From positions 92,425 through 156,424 of the forward strand of contig DAISVY010000001.1 in assembly GCA_036826635.1 (NCBI GenBank): 64,000 bases of DNA, read 5' to 3'. The notes beneath the pieces are model-generated. The model was given only the letters and a program-made list of their open reading frames with translations. It was not told where the DNA came from and did not search any database. The DNA is from Candidatus Zixiibacteriota bacterium (GTDB lineage: Bacteria > Zixibacteria > MSB-5A5 > GN15 > FEB-12). The translations under genes and the position numbers were made by a program. Positions 46,811-58,000 of the stretch are shown here, one piece after another (within the stretch, counting starts at the first letter, position 1; each line of letters begins with the position of its first letter).

Positions 46811-48625
46811 TTACATCTCAGCGGCTGTTTTTACGAACTTATCGATGTCCATGAGCGAGCGACTTACCGCATCTTTCCAGAACTCTTCCTTAGTCAGGTC
46901 CACCCCCAGATGTTTGCGGGCCACGTCCTCGGTGCTCATGCTGCCGGTGTCGGCCAGCATGTCGCGATACTTGCTCGCGAACGCTTTGCCTTCTTTGCTG
47001 GCCCGGTCGTAGACACCACCGGCAAAGAGATAGCCGAAAGTGTACGGGAAATTGTAAAAAGGCGAACCGGTGATGTAGAAGTGCAGTTTGGAAGCCCAGA
47101 ACAACGGATGGTAACCGCTTTCGTCCAGCAATGAACCGTAGGCTTTTTTCTGAGCATCCGTCATCAGCTCATTAAGCCGATCCTTGCTTACCACGCCTTT
47201 CTTTCGTTCCTGATAAAAAGCCACCTCGAACAGGTAGCGACAGTAGATATCGGTGAAGAAGACATACGGCTGCTGAAGTTTTTGATCCAGCAACATCAGT
47301 TTCTCCTGCGGATCATCGCAGCTTTCGAGGGCGGCGTCAGTGACGAGCAACTCGTTAAAGATGGAGGCCGTCTCGGCCAGTGTTTTGGGATAGTCGGTCG
47401 CCAGGAAGGGCTTCTTTTTCAGGACATAGCTGTGGTAAGCATGCCCCAGTTCGTGGGCCAGGGTCAGAAGGTTTTCGTAACTTCCGGCGTAGGTCATGAA
47501 GATACGACTCTGGCGCAGGGGACCGGTTCCGGTGCAATAACCGCCGCCGGCTTTTCCGGTACGATCTTCGGCCTCAATCCAGCGTTTGTCGACGGCCATA
47601 CGACAGAATTCCGCCAGGTCATCGGAGAAGGAGCCGACGTTCTTGACAACGAAGTCGGCCGCTTCGTCGAAGGGGTACAGGCGTTCGGTCCGGCCACAGG
47701 GGGCAAATTCGTCGTACCAGCGGAATTTATCGATCCCGAGCAGTTTCTTTTTAGCTTCAATGTAAGGAGCCAGACGGTGCGTCTCGCGTCCGACCACCGA
47801 CCACATGGCATCAAGCGACGCCTGCGAAAGACGCGCCTGAATCAGGGGTTCGAACAACGGCGATTCCCACCCGCGGCGTTTGTACAAAGCCAGACGGAAC
47901 CCGGCCAGCGAGTTGAGCATCATGGCCGTCAAATCGACCCGTGACTGCCAAGCCTCGGTGAGTTTTTCGAAGGCGGCCGCTCTCACCTCTCGTTTGGGAT
48001 CGGACATTTTGGTGGCCAGTTGTCCGAGCGACAGGCTCTTCTTCTGACCGTCGTCTTCGAAATCCACCCTGAGATCACCGGCCATCTTGTCGTAGATGCG
48101 GTTCCAGGCGTGATAACCATCCACTCCCAGATCCAGAGCCAGGGATTCCATCTCTGCGGGCATTTTCTTTTTGGCCAGAGTGCGGGCTTCGTCAAGGAAG
48201 AATCTGATTTCTTTAAGCTTGTCGGACGACATCAGTTTTTCCCAGGCCGCGTCGGGCTGTTTAAGTGCTTGCGATTCCAGCTCCGTCTTCATCTTCTCCC
48301 ATTCCGAATAGACCAGCATGGCCTCGGCTTCGGCAGCATGGGCGGCATCGTCAGAGACATTTTGAGATACGAGACAGTGCGAGAAGGCCCACTCCAGCGT
48401 TATGTTCTCCACGATTTCCTGGAAAAGCAGAATAAACTCCGTCCAGTGATCGGCGGTGTTGTCGTTCAGCTCCGCCGGGAGAGCTTTAAGCTTCTCTTGT
48501 GCCTTGGCGAGCGATTGGCGTAATTTATCGCGAAAGGCTTTGAATTCGGTCGAGGATGAACCGCCCGGGAAAATGGATTCGAGATCCCAGGTCGGGGCGG
48601 GGGGAATGCTCTTGGTGGTACTCAT
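46811..48625 (-). CDS. pepF: M3B-family oligoendopeptidase F
   Basis: 604 aa with the zinc motif HELGHAYH. The length and flanking pattern are typical of PepF. Confidence 0.88.
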   Translation of the reverse strand: MSTTKSIPPAPTWDLESIFPGGSSSTEFKAFRDKLRQSLAKAQEKLKALPAELNDNTADHWTEFILLFQEIVENITLEWAFSHCLVSQNVSDDAAHAAEAEAMLVYSEWEKMKTELESQALKQPDAAWEKLMSSDKLKEIRFFLDEARTLAKKKMPAEMESLALDLGVDGYHAWNRIYDKMAGDLRVDFEDDGQKKSLSLGQLATKMSDPKREVRAAAFEKLTEAWQSRVDLTAMMLNSLAGFRLALYKRRGWESPLFEPLIQARLSQASLDAMWSVVGRETHRLAPYIEAKKKLLGIDKFRWYDEFAPCGRTERLYPFDEAADFVVKNVGSFSDDLAEFCRMAVDKRWIEAEDRTGKAGGGYCTGTGPLRQSRIFMTYAGSYENLLTLAHELGHAYHSYVLKKKPFLATDYPKTLAETASIFNELLVTDAALESCDDPQEKLMLLDQKLQQPYVFFTDIYCRYLFEVAFYQERKKGVVSKDRLNELMTDAQKKAYGSLLDESGYHPLFWASKLHFYITGSPFYNFPYTFGYLFAGGVYDRASKEGKAFASKYRDMLADTGSMSTEDVARKHLGVDLTKEEFWKDAVSRSLMDIDKFVKTAAEM

Positions 48626-48699
48626 ATAAGGGCTCCTTATTTTCTCTTGAATCTTTACTCGTTGAGAAGCATGATACGACGTAACGGCGCCGGAATCAA

Positions 48700-49017
48700 G
48701 TGTTCCGGGCGGGTCGGCAGCCGAAGGAGAATGTTGTGAGCGACAAACACGATGAGCCGGTCGATTACCCGATTGACGGTACGCTTGACCTGCACCAGTT
48801 TTCCCCGAGAGAAACCAGAGAAGCGGTAGCCGAGTATATCCGCGTGTGTCTTGGAAAAAATATCCTGACGTTGCGAATAGTGCACGGTAAAGGCATCGGT
48901 GTGCAACGGGAGATCGTTCGCTCGCTGCTCAAGTCGCACCCCAACGTTATCGCCATGCGTCACGAAGGAGGTTCGGGCGGAGGTTGGGGGGCAACGGTGG
49001 TTGATCTGAAGAAATAA
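48700..49017 (+). CDS. Stand-alone Smr-domain protein
   Basis: 105 aa. GTLDLHQFSPRETREAV…LRIVHGKGIGVQREIVRSLL matches the Smr signature (LDLHG…iiHGkG). Confidence 0.8.
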   Translation: MFRAGRQPKENVVSDKHDEPVDYPIDGTLDLHQFSPRETREAVAEYIRVCLGKNILTLRIVHGKGIGVQREIVRSLLKSHPNVIAMRHEGGSGGGWGATVVDLKK

Positions 49018-49031
49018 TCGATGTTCGATGA

Positions 49032-49074
49032 TAAAAAGAAGAAGGGCCCTCACTTGTGGTGAGAGCCCTTCTTC
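49032..49074 (-). terminator. Strong hairpin between the convergent smr and giant gene, with a U-tail on the minus strand
   Basis: GAAGAAGGGCCCTCAC-ttgtg-GTGAGAGCCCTTCTTC (about 15 bp with one mismatch). A5 on the plus strand upstream gives a T-rich tail for the minus transcript. Confidence 0.6.
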
Positions 49075-49089
49075 GCGGTAGGAGCGGTC

Positions 49090-52000
49090 TTACTTCAGCA
49101 AAACCATCTTCTTGGTGGAGCTGAACGCCCCAGCCGTCAGACGATAGAGATACACGCCGGAGGCGTACCTGCTGGCATCCCACTCTATCTTGTAGTAGCC
49201 GGCCTCGCTCTCATCGGACCAACTCGTGACTTCCTGCCCCAGGATATTGTAAACCGTCAGTTGCCACTGACCGGCCACCGGCAGAGCGAATTCGATGGTC
49301 GTGAGCGGGTTGAACGGGTTGGGGTAGTTCTGCGACAGCGAGAAGTGATCGGGCAGATTGCGATAGTTAGCCGTCACAATCTGGCCGTCAATGCCGCCGA
49401 CCTCGATGGTCTTGATGGTATTGGGACCGTTTATGTTCAAAACCTCGCCTTTATTGAGGCTCTGTTTGGCCTGCATATTGTAAATCAGCACCCGCGTGTT
49501 TTCTCCGTCGTAGCGGTACTGCATCTCCATGCCCTCGGCGGCCGACGCCAGGGTCGGTGCGGCCCGACCTTCCAACAGTACGTAGATGGCACCGATGGCC
49601 GTGTTCGACTGGTCAATGCAGAGAACGTTGTCGGTAATCGAGAACGCGGCTTCGATCACTTCCCCGGGAGCGATCTTAGGCATGGCCGGCGCATCGCCTA
49701 TGACGATACGGATCAGGTAGACAAGATCGGCCACGGTAAGCGGCAGGCCGTCGGCATTGGCATCGGAAGCGGCTATCGAGGCCTCGTGCGGGTATTGCGG
49801 GGAACCGATCGGGAAGGCTGACAGACCCTGGATGAAGTAGTTCGTGTACATCACCGCGTCGGCGATCTCGTAAGGTATGCCGTTAAGGTTGAGGTCGCCG
49901 CGGGCATCGATGGAGTCGGCGCAGATAATGTCAACGCCGCCGTTGGTGAAGTCGACACAGCGTATCGGCACCGGTTTACCTTCGAAATCCCCGGTCAGGC
50001 ATTCATCCGGGACACCGTAGTAACCCGGGAAGCCGTAGGTCGTGTTAGTGATGTTGTTGTATTCGAAATCGAACACGCTCCGGCTCACCCAGAGAGTATC
50101 GCCACCCTTCGACGAGAACGCATTGTCACCGCAGTCGTACCAGAAGAATTCAACCGGAATATACTGGCATTCCAGAGTACGGTCGTTGGAGACAAGGAAG
50201 TCAATCGTGGCCAGTGTACCGGTCATGCCGTCGAGGAAACAGCCGGGATGGTACGCGCCGTTGTTGGTCTCGGCCATGGCTACGATTCTGATAAGACCTG
50301 ACGGGCACCCGTCGCAGTTGCCGTCCGGGCCAAAGCGATAGGTGAAATACTCCCAGCCGCAAAGAGTGAACAGGTCGCCTTCCAGCACGGTGTTCGGCAG
50401 CAGGGCTGTTTGATCGTAATGGATCAGCAGATCGAAACCGCCCAGTTCATGACCGGAACCGTTAAGGAAGATGTTGACGTCGTTGTGCTGGCCCTGAATT
50501 ACGTCGTGGGTCTTTTCGATCTGGACATGAATGCACTCGTCGATCTGTACGTCGATACAGACGGAATCGATAGTTTCGTCACCGCATTCGTCGACCGCCC
50601 GGATCTCGAAGCAGTACAAACCGGTCGTGTCGGCCGTGAAGCAGACTTGTCCGGTAGCTTCGTTGTAAGCGCCCTGCGATACGTAGACGTGCTCGATGCC
50701 TTCGTCATCCGTGATAGGGACACTGAAGCAGAGCTCTCCGACCGCTTCCAGATAGGCCACGAAATCGGGCGGAGCATTGACCACCGGAGGCGAGTTGAAG
50801 TCGACCGTAATTACAGCCGAGTCAAGATCGGTTTCACCGCAGGCGTCGGTTGCCTGAATCACCACCGTGTAGATCTGATTCGTCTTGTCACCCTCGGCCA
50901 CGGTCATGCAAATCATGTCGTCGACCAGCGTGGCCCCGGCCGGTGCGAGCACCTCGCAATCCGACAGGTTGTCGTCTTCGTCGGTGCAGGTGGCCGCCCA
51001 GCAAAGCTGACCGCCGTGGCACAGGAAGAAGGTGGTGTCATTACCGGCGTTGGCCGTCGGCGGTGCATTGATATCGAATGTTACCGCGAAGGAATCGGTA
51101 CAACTGGCGCCGCACTCGTCGAGACACATCACCGCCACGGTGAACTGCTCGTCGGTCGACGGCGTGTAGACCCAGTTACCGCCGATAATGGAGCCCGGAC
51201 CGGCGACTAATTCGCAGTGATCGAAATTGTCGTCCGTGTCGACGGCGCTTACCGGCAGACTGACCTGCTCGGGGGTGCACTGGAAGAAACTGCTGTTGTC
51301 CGGCAACTGACATACCGGCGGGGAGTTGATAGTCACCGTGACCAGCAGGGTGTCTTCATCGGCGGCGCCGCAGAGATCCACCGCCCGGAGGATCAGCGTA
51401 TAGACACCCGAAGTGTCCGGCGTAAAGCATATATTGGAACCGTTATAAGTCCCGGTTCCGGTAGTTTCATAACAACTGTCGAGGTTGGAATCGACGTCGG
51501 TACCACCGGCCGGACTGCAAATCGGCTCCGCCGTACACAGGAACAGGGAGAAGTCCTCTCCGGCGTTGGCTACCGGCGGTGAGTTGTACATGACCGCCAC
51601 GACTATGGTATCTTCGTCGATTGCACCGCAGGCGTCGGTTGCCCTGACGATGAATTCGTACGGGCCGGAACTCGGAGCCGTGAAACATACCTCGTTGGCC
51701 GCCGTGTCCGCAACCGGTGTAACGTCATTCGAGATGATTTCTTCGGATTCAACGTTGTCGTTCGGGTCGGTCACGCCGTAGGCGAAACACACCTCTCCGG
51801 TTGTGCACAGGAAGGTAAGCGTGTCGTTGCCGAGCGTCACTATCGGCGGGCCGTTCAATGTTACGTTGCAACTCGCCGTGATTTGATCGAAGGCGCCGCA
51901 GGTATCGGTTACCTGGGCGTTGACCGTGTACGTGCCGGTTGCGCTGGCATTGAAGCACCACAGGCCGCCGTCGGTCACGGTGCCGTTGCCGGAGAGACGG

Positions 52001-55000
52001 TTCCAGGTGAGCGGGTCACCGTCGACATCAGCCGCTTCGAATTGCAGACAGATCTGGGCCGGATCGCATAGGAACGTGTCTACGACAGCCGGATCGACAG
52101 CCACCGGGGCGCTGTTCAAAGTCACATCGATTGTCGCCACGCAGGTATCGGAACCGCAGGGCGTACTGGCGATGATGGTCAATTCATAGTGACCGGCCGT
52201 GTCGGCCTCGAAACAGACGTTGCCGCGGTTGTAATTACCGACCGGGCTGACCGTGACGCTGATTTCGGTTCCCATGATACCGATCGGGAAACAGATGTCC
52301 TCGGGTTCACACAGGAAGTATGCCATCGGGTCCGGGCAATCGATTTCGGCCGCCGAACCTATATCTACGTTGAAAACGATCTCACAGGTATCGGCGCCGC
52401 AGTCGGCCTCGGCTATGACCTCGATAACATAGATTCCGGAAGTGTCGGCCAGGAAGCACAGTTCTCCGCCGGAATAGCTGCCGAATGAGGTCGAGACGAC
52501 AGCATCACCGGGCGTGATATTCAGACCCTGACAAATCGTCTCAACATCACACAGCGAAACGTCAATCGGTCCGGTGGGACAATCGATAGCCGCCACATCG
52601 CCGAAAGTCACCGCAACAACGATGGTGTCTTCCGCGAAAGCTCCGCAGGGGTCGGTTGCCCTGACGACGATTTCATAATTGCCGTCGACCGTCGGCGTGA
52701 AGCAAACCTTGTTGTCGGCGGTGTTGATCGACCCATAACCCGAAATCATATCTTCGACCACGCCGCTCAGACCGTCGGGATCGTCAACGGTGTAGTTGAC
52801 GCAGATTTCTTCGGGATCACAAAGCTCCACGGCGAAATCGTCGTCAAGGGTCAGGGTCGGTGTGGAATTGACCGTGATATTGATGACCACCGAGTCGAGA
52901 GCTTCTTCGCCGCACTCGTCGATGGCTTGCAGAGTAAAGACATAATCTCCGCTTATGGCCGGGACGAAGCAAATGTTGGAACCGTCATAAGTGCCGGGAC
53001 CGTTGAACAGGCATTCATCCAGGTTGTCATCGGGATCGCTGCAGCCGGCCGGCCAGCATATGGTCGTGTCGACATCGCACAGGAAGAGAACAAGGTCGGT
53101 TCCGGCGTCGGCGGTCGGCGGGGTGTTGATCGTGACATCAACATTGATCGTATCCCTGTCGATCTCGCCGCACTCGTCCTCGACCCCGATTATGAACGTG
53201 TACAATCCGGTCGCCGAGGCGTTGAAACAGACCCGGGAATTGACTTCGTCGAGCGTTCCCGGACCGGAGATAAGAGTTGTGGTGCGCTCACGCGGATCGT
53301 TCTCATCGTCTACGGCATACGGCAGACAGATTTCCGTCCCGGCGCACAGGAAAGTATCGATATCGGCACCGAAAGCAATACTCGGTGCTTCGTTGATTTC
53401 AAATTCTACCGTGAAATGCGAGACGCACTCCGCGCCGCATTCGTCCACGCATCTGATTGTGATGACCGTGGTTTGCGAAGCGGTCGGCGTATAGCACCAG
53501 TTGCCGCCGGTTAAGGTTCCCTGGCCGGAGACGATCTGGCAATAATCAAGGTTGTCGTCGGCATCTTCGGCCCAGACCGGCAGACAAACCTCAGCGGGTG
53601 TACACTGGAAGATAACGGTGTTGTCCGGAACATGGCAGATCGGCGTCGAGTTGATCGTAACGTCGATGGCTACCGTGTCCTCATCCAGTTCGCCGCACGC
53701 GTCGCTGGCCTGAACGATAAACGTGTAAAGGCCGCTTGCACCCGGCGTGAAGCAGATTTCACTGCCGTCGAAAACACCCGGCCCCGATATCAGGGCGCAT
53801 CCGGAAAGGTTATCGTCGATATCGGAACACGATACCGGCCAGCACACCGGCTCCGGTGCGCACAGGAACAGGGTAGAGTCGTTACCGGCATCGGCCACCG
53901 GGGGCGAGTTGAGAGTGTAATAGACCACGACGGTATCGAAAGCTTCCTCGCCGCACTCGTCGGTGGCTTTAAGGACAAATTCGTAGTCCAGGGTGCCGGT
54001 AGGCGTGAAACAAATGTTGGTGCCGTCGTAGGAACCGACCTCACCGATAAGCTCAACCGTCTGGATATTCCCGTCCGGATCGGAAGCACCGGCCGGCCAG
54101 CAGATTTCGGCGGCCGTACACTGGAATATCGTCTGATCGGATCCGGCATTGACGGTCGGCGGCGTGTTCATTTCGATTGTCACCAGCAACGTGTCGACAT
54201 CCGATGCGCCGCACGAGTCGGTTATCTGCCCGACGAACCGAAGGGTGCCATCCTCGACTCCCCAGAAACACAGGAGACTGCTGTTCGTGAATATAGTCCC
54301 CGGGCCTTCCAGCAATGTTACTTCTGCGATGTTGCCGTCGACGTCATCGAAAATCACCGGCAGACAAAGCTGTGCCGAAGAGCACATGAAGATCGTCGTG
54401 TCATGGCCGAAGGCGAACTGCGGGGCCGTGTTGACTGCGACGTTATAGGTCAAAGTCACGGTGTCGGCGGCCAGGCAGGAATCCTTCACCATCGCCACGA
54501 CGCTGTAGGTGTCGCTGCTGTTGGCGTTGAAACACCACTGACCGGAAGCACTCACGGTGCCCTGGCCGGAAAGCCTCGACCATGTCAGCGGGCCGCCGTC
54601 GATATCGGTGGCGGCAAACTGGTAACAGATCTGGTCGGCGGTGCACAGGAAAGTGTCGACCGGTGTGACCGGATCGGTCGCTACCGGCGCGCTGTTGATG
54701 GTGACGTCGGTTACCACTATGCAGGTATCGGTGCCGCACTCGGTGCCGGCGATCATTTGAATTTCATAATGTCCGGCCGTGTCGGCGAAGAAACACAAAC
54801 TTCCCGAAGCGTAATTGCCGATGGGGCTGACCGTTACCACGGCTCCCGTTCCCATTACCCCGACCGGGGTGCAGATCGTGTCGGCTTCACAGATAAATAC
54901 GCTCTGTGGCTCGGGACAATCGATCTCGGCGGCCTCGCCGATATCCACGTTGAAAGTTACCTCGCACGTGTCCGCTCCGCAAAGAGCCTCGGCTATAATG

Positions 55001-58000
55001 GTGACAACATAGGTGCCGGAGGTGTCGGCGAAGAAGCACAACTCACCGTTGGCGTAGACGCCGTGCGATACGCTTATGCTCGCTCCGGCGGGGTTGATAT
55101 CGATCATCTGGCAAACGGTGTCGGTGGAGCAAAGAGAGACGTTGATGTCTTCACTCGGACAGGTGATCTCGGCGTAGTCGCCGAACGTGACGTCAACAAC
55201 GATAGTATCTCTATCCGAAGCATTGCAGGAATCCTTCACCCGCACTATTAGTTCATAACTGCCGTCTGTCGTCGGTGTGAAGCAGATTTCATTGGCTGCG
55301 GTGTCGATAGTTCCGAATCCGGAGATCATTTCTTCGATAAGTCCGGCCGAACCGTTGGGGTCGTTAACCGTGTAGCTGACGCACACTTCTTCCGGCTCGC
55401 ACATGGTTAGATCGAGATCTTCGCCGAAAGCCACGGTCGGTGGCTCGTTTACGATGACCTCGTAAGTCAGGGTCGTCGTGTCGGCCAGACCGCAGGAGTC
55501 GGTGACTACCGCTTCAATCGAATATGTCCCGGTAGCGCCGGGCGTGAAGCACCAGTAGCCGTTGGTACCAAGTATCCCCACGCCACTGAGCGGGCTCCAG
55601 GTCAGGGGGCCGCCCTGGGTGTCATTGGCCTGGAACTGGTAACAGATTTCCTCGGCCGTGCATTGCGTGAGTTGTACCGGGCTGGTCGGATCGACCGCCA
55701 CCGGTGCCGTGTTGATGGTCACATTGTAGATGATAGAAGTCGTATCCGCGGCCCCGCAGGAATCGGTAACAATCACCGACACGGGGTAAGTGCCGCTTAT
55801 GGTCGGGGTGAAACAGAACTCACCGTTGGTGGTTATCGCCCCGGCCCCGGCCAGGTGTGTCCATGTGAGCGTTCCACCGTTGGGATCCGTCGCCGTGAAG
55901 GTGTGGCAGATCTCCTCAACTTCACACTGGAACATCGTCACCGGTGAAGGATGGTCCGCCACCGGGGGATCGTTGTCGAGGATGTTGACCATGACAGTGT
56001 CATAATCTTCCAGACCGCATTCGTCCACGGCGTGAATTACGAACGTGTAGGCTCCGGCCAGCGTCGGCGTGAAGCATATCTGGCCACCTTCGAGCGTGCC
56101 CAATCCTTCGGTCTTCTCCGTGATCGCCAGATTGTTGTCGGGATCGAAGAAACTTACCGGCAGGCAGATTTCTTCCAGTTCGCAGACGAACATGGTCTGA
56201 TCGTTTCCGGCATTGGCCACCGGCGGGCTGTTAAGCGTCACCGTCACGTGGGCGGTATCGGCTCCGACAAAGCCGCAAGCGTCGGTAGCGGTCACGATTA
56301 TGTCATAAACACCGGTCGTGTCAGCCGTAAAACAGATATCCTCGGTGGTAGGAGAGGGCGCCGTGCGGGCGGCGAAAGCGTCAACCTCAATCTTCACGCA
56401 CTTGGCGTTGGGCTGACAACTTACCCTGACCTCGTTGAACGTCAAACCGTCGGGCAGATCGAGTGTCGCTCCTCCCATACCGGACGATGCCGAACCGCCC
56501 GGGAGAGTCTGAGTAACGACATGAACCGTAGTGCCGTTGTAGCGGAACTCCAGTCTGGCTGCACCGTCGCCGTTGGTATTGGTGAAGACGCAGAAGTCAA
56601 CATTGGCTCCGTGGCAGGTCGTGATGTCCTGACTGAAACCGATAACGCAATACTGGCCTTCCTGGATAGCTATCGACCCGTCACCGTCGCCCCCGTCGGG
56701 ACCACCGGCCCCGGGAAGGGTGAAAGTCATATCGGTCGGAGCGCCCAGCAGATGGTCGGCCGAGTTGCTCGGTCCGATTCCGCTGGGGAATGAACCATAG
56801 TCAACGACCAGGTCCGCGAATAAAAAGTTTGGCAAAGTGACATTTACCCCGGACTGGCTGTTAACCGGGGGAACGAAATCTGAAGCTGAGGAGAGAACAT
56901 TACCCGGCGCACCGCCGCCGATCTGGGTTACCGTGCCGCCGAGTTCATTGATCCGGGCGACCTGGTCAAAGTCCGAAAGCGTTCCGGAATATGCCCCGGC
57001 GTTTGTATTTACCGATACGACGTCGCAGTCGTTATCGACGATTTCCACCGGCAGGCATATCTTGTCCGAACTGCACAGGAACACCGAGGAGTCGTCTATC
57101 GTCACGGTCGGCGCAGTGCCGAGACGGATATCGAACTCGAGCGTATCCTGGTCGAACGCCCCCAGTTCATCCTCGACACGGAAAATGAACTGGTAAATTC
57201 CGGTGCCGGTGGGGACAAAGCAATGGGTGGCATCGATTGAGGCCACTCCTGCCACTGGGTTGAAATCCCCCTCTCCCGAGACCATCTCAAGCCAGATTGA
57301 GTCCCCCTGACAGTTGGCGTCGGTTGCCTGAATATCGAAACAAACCGAGTCGAGATCGCATGCAACGATAGCGCTGTCACCGGTGGAAAAAGCCAACTCC
57401 GGAGCGTGGTTGGCAAACGTAACACGGATCACCAGATCCTGGTAATCCGCGTCCCCTCCGCCGGACATATCCTCCCAGGCGATCAGGTATTCGTGAGCTA
57501 TACCTGTCGGAAAAACCAGGGCGTGATCGTAGTGGTCGGAATTGAGATTGACTTCCGAAAACCAGGTGCGGTTCTCGCCCGGCAGGTTCGGCTTCATGTA
57601 GAACCCGATGGAATCACCCACACTGATGTTAAACTGAACCGAATCGCCCGGTCCGTCACTCGGACCGAACAACTGATACCGTGGCCAGGAAGAGCCGGCC
57701 TTGTAATAGCCGGAAGTGGAATATACCGCCGAACCCGCCACCTCAATGATCATGGTAGCCGTGTTCAGGCCGGGCATTCCACAGAACGTTTCTATTCCCA
57801 GCTCATCTTCCTCTACGTCGATGTCGTAGCCAAGCGAATCCAGGTAGTACTGAAGCGAATGCTCTGACTTGCCAAGGACTCCTTTGGTAGCGGAAAGGGA
57901 GTCGGCCCAAGAAGTGTTGGTTTGTGCCTCACTGACGTTTGCTATCAAAAGCAACGCCAAAGCGGCCATTAGGGCGAGATGCCCGATGCGCCTCGTTTTC

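Noticed and set aside
53632-55251. A 539-aa plus-strand ORF inside the giant gene, with several siblings (50410..51210, 52927..53514, 55951..56793, 57406..57867).
   Set aside because: All are antisense frames of the repetitive giant ORF. They are R/G/D/V-rich with no domains, and their periodicity simply mirrors the sense-strand repeats.
50539-57414. Highly repetitive DNA that could be mistaken for a CRISPR array, a satellite or a mobile-element repeat.
   Set aside because: The repeat unit is ~250-290 nt, diverged and continuous in one reading frame with conserved Cys positions. There is no short repeat/spacer alternation, and no cas or transposase genes are nearby.
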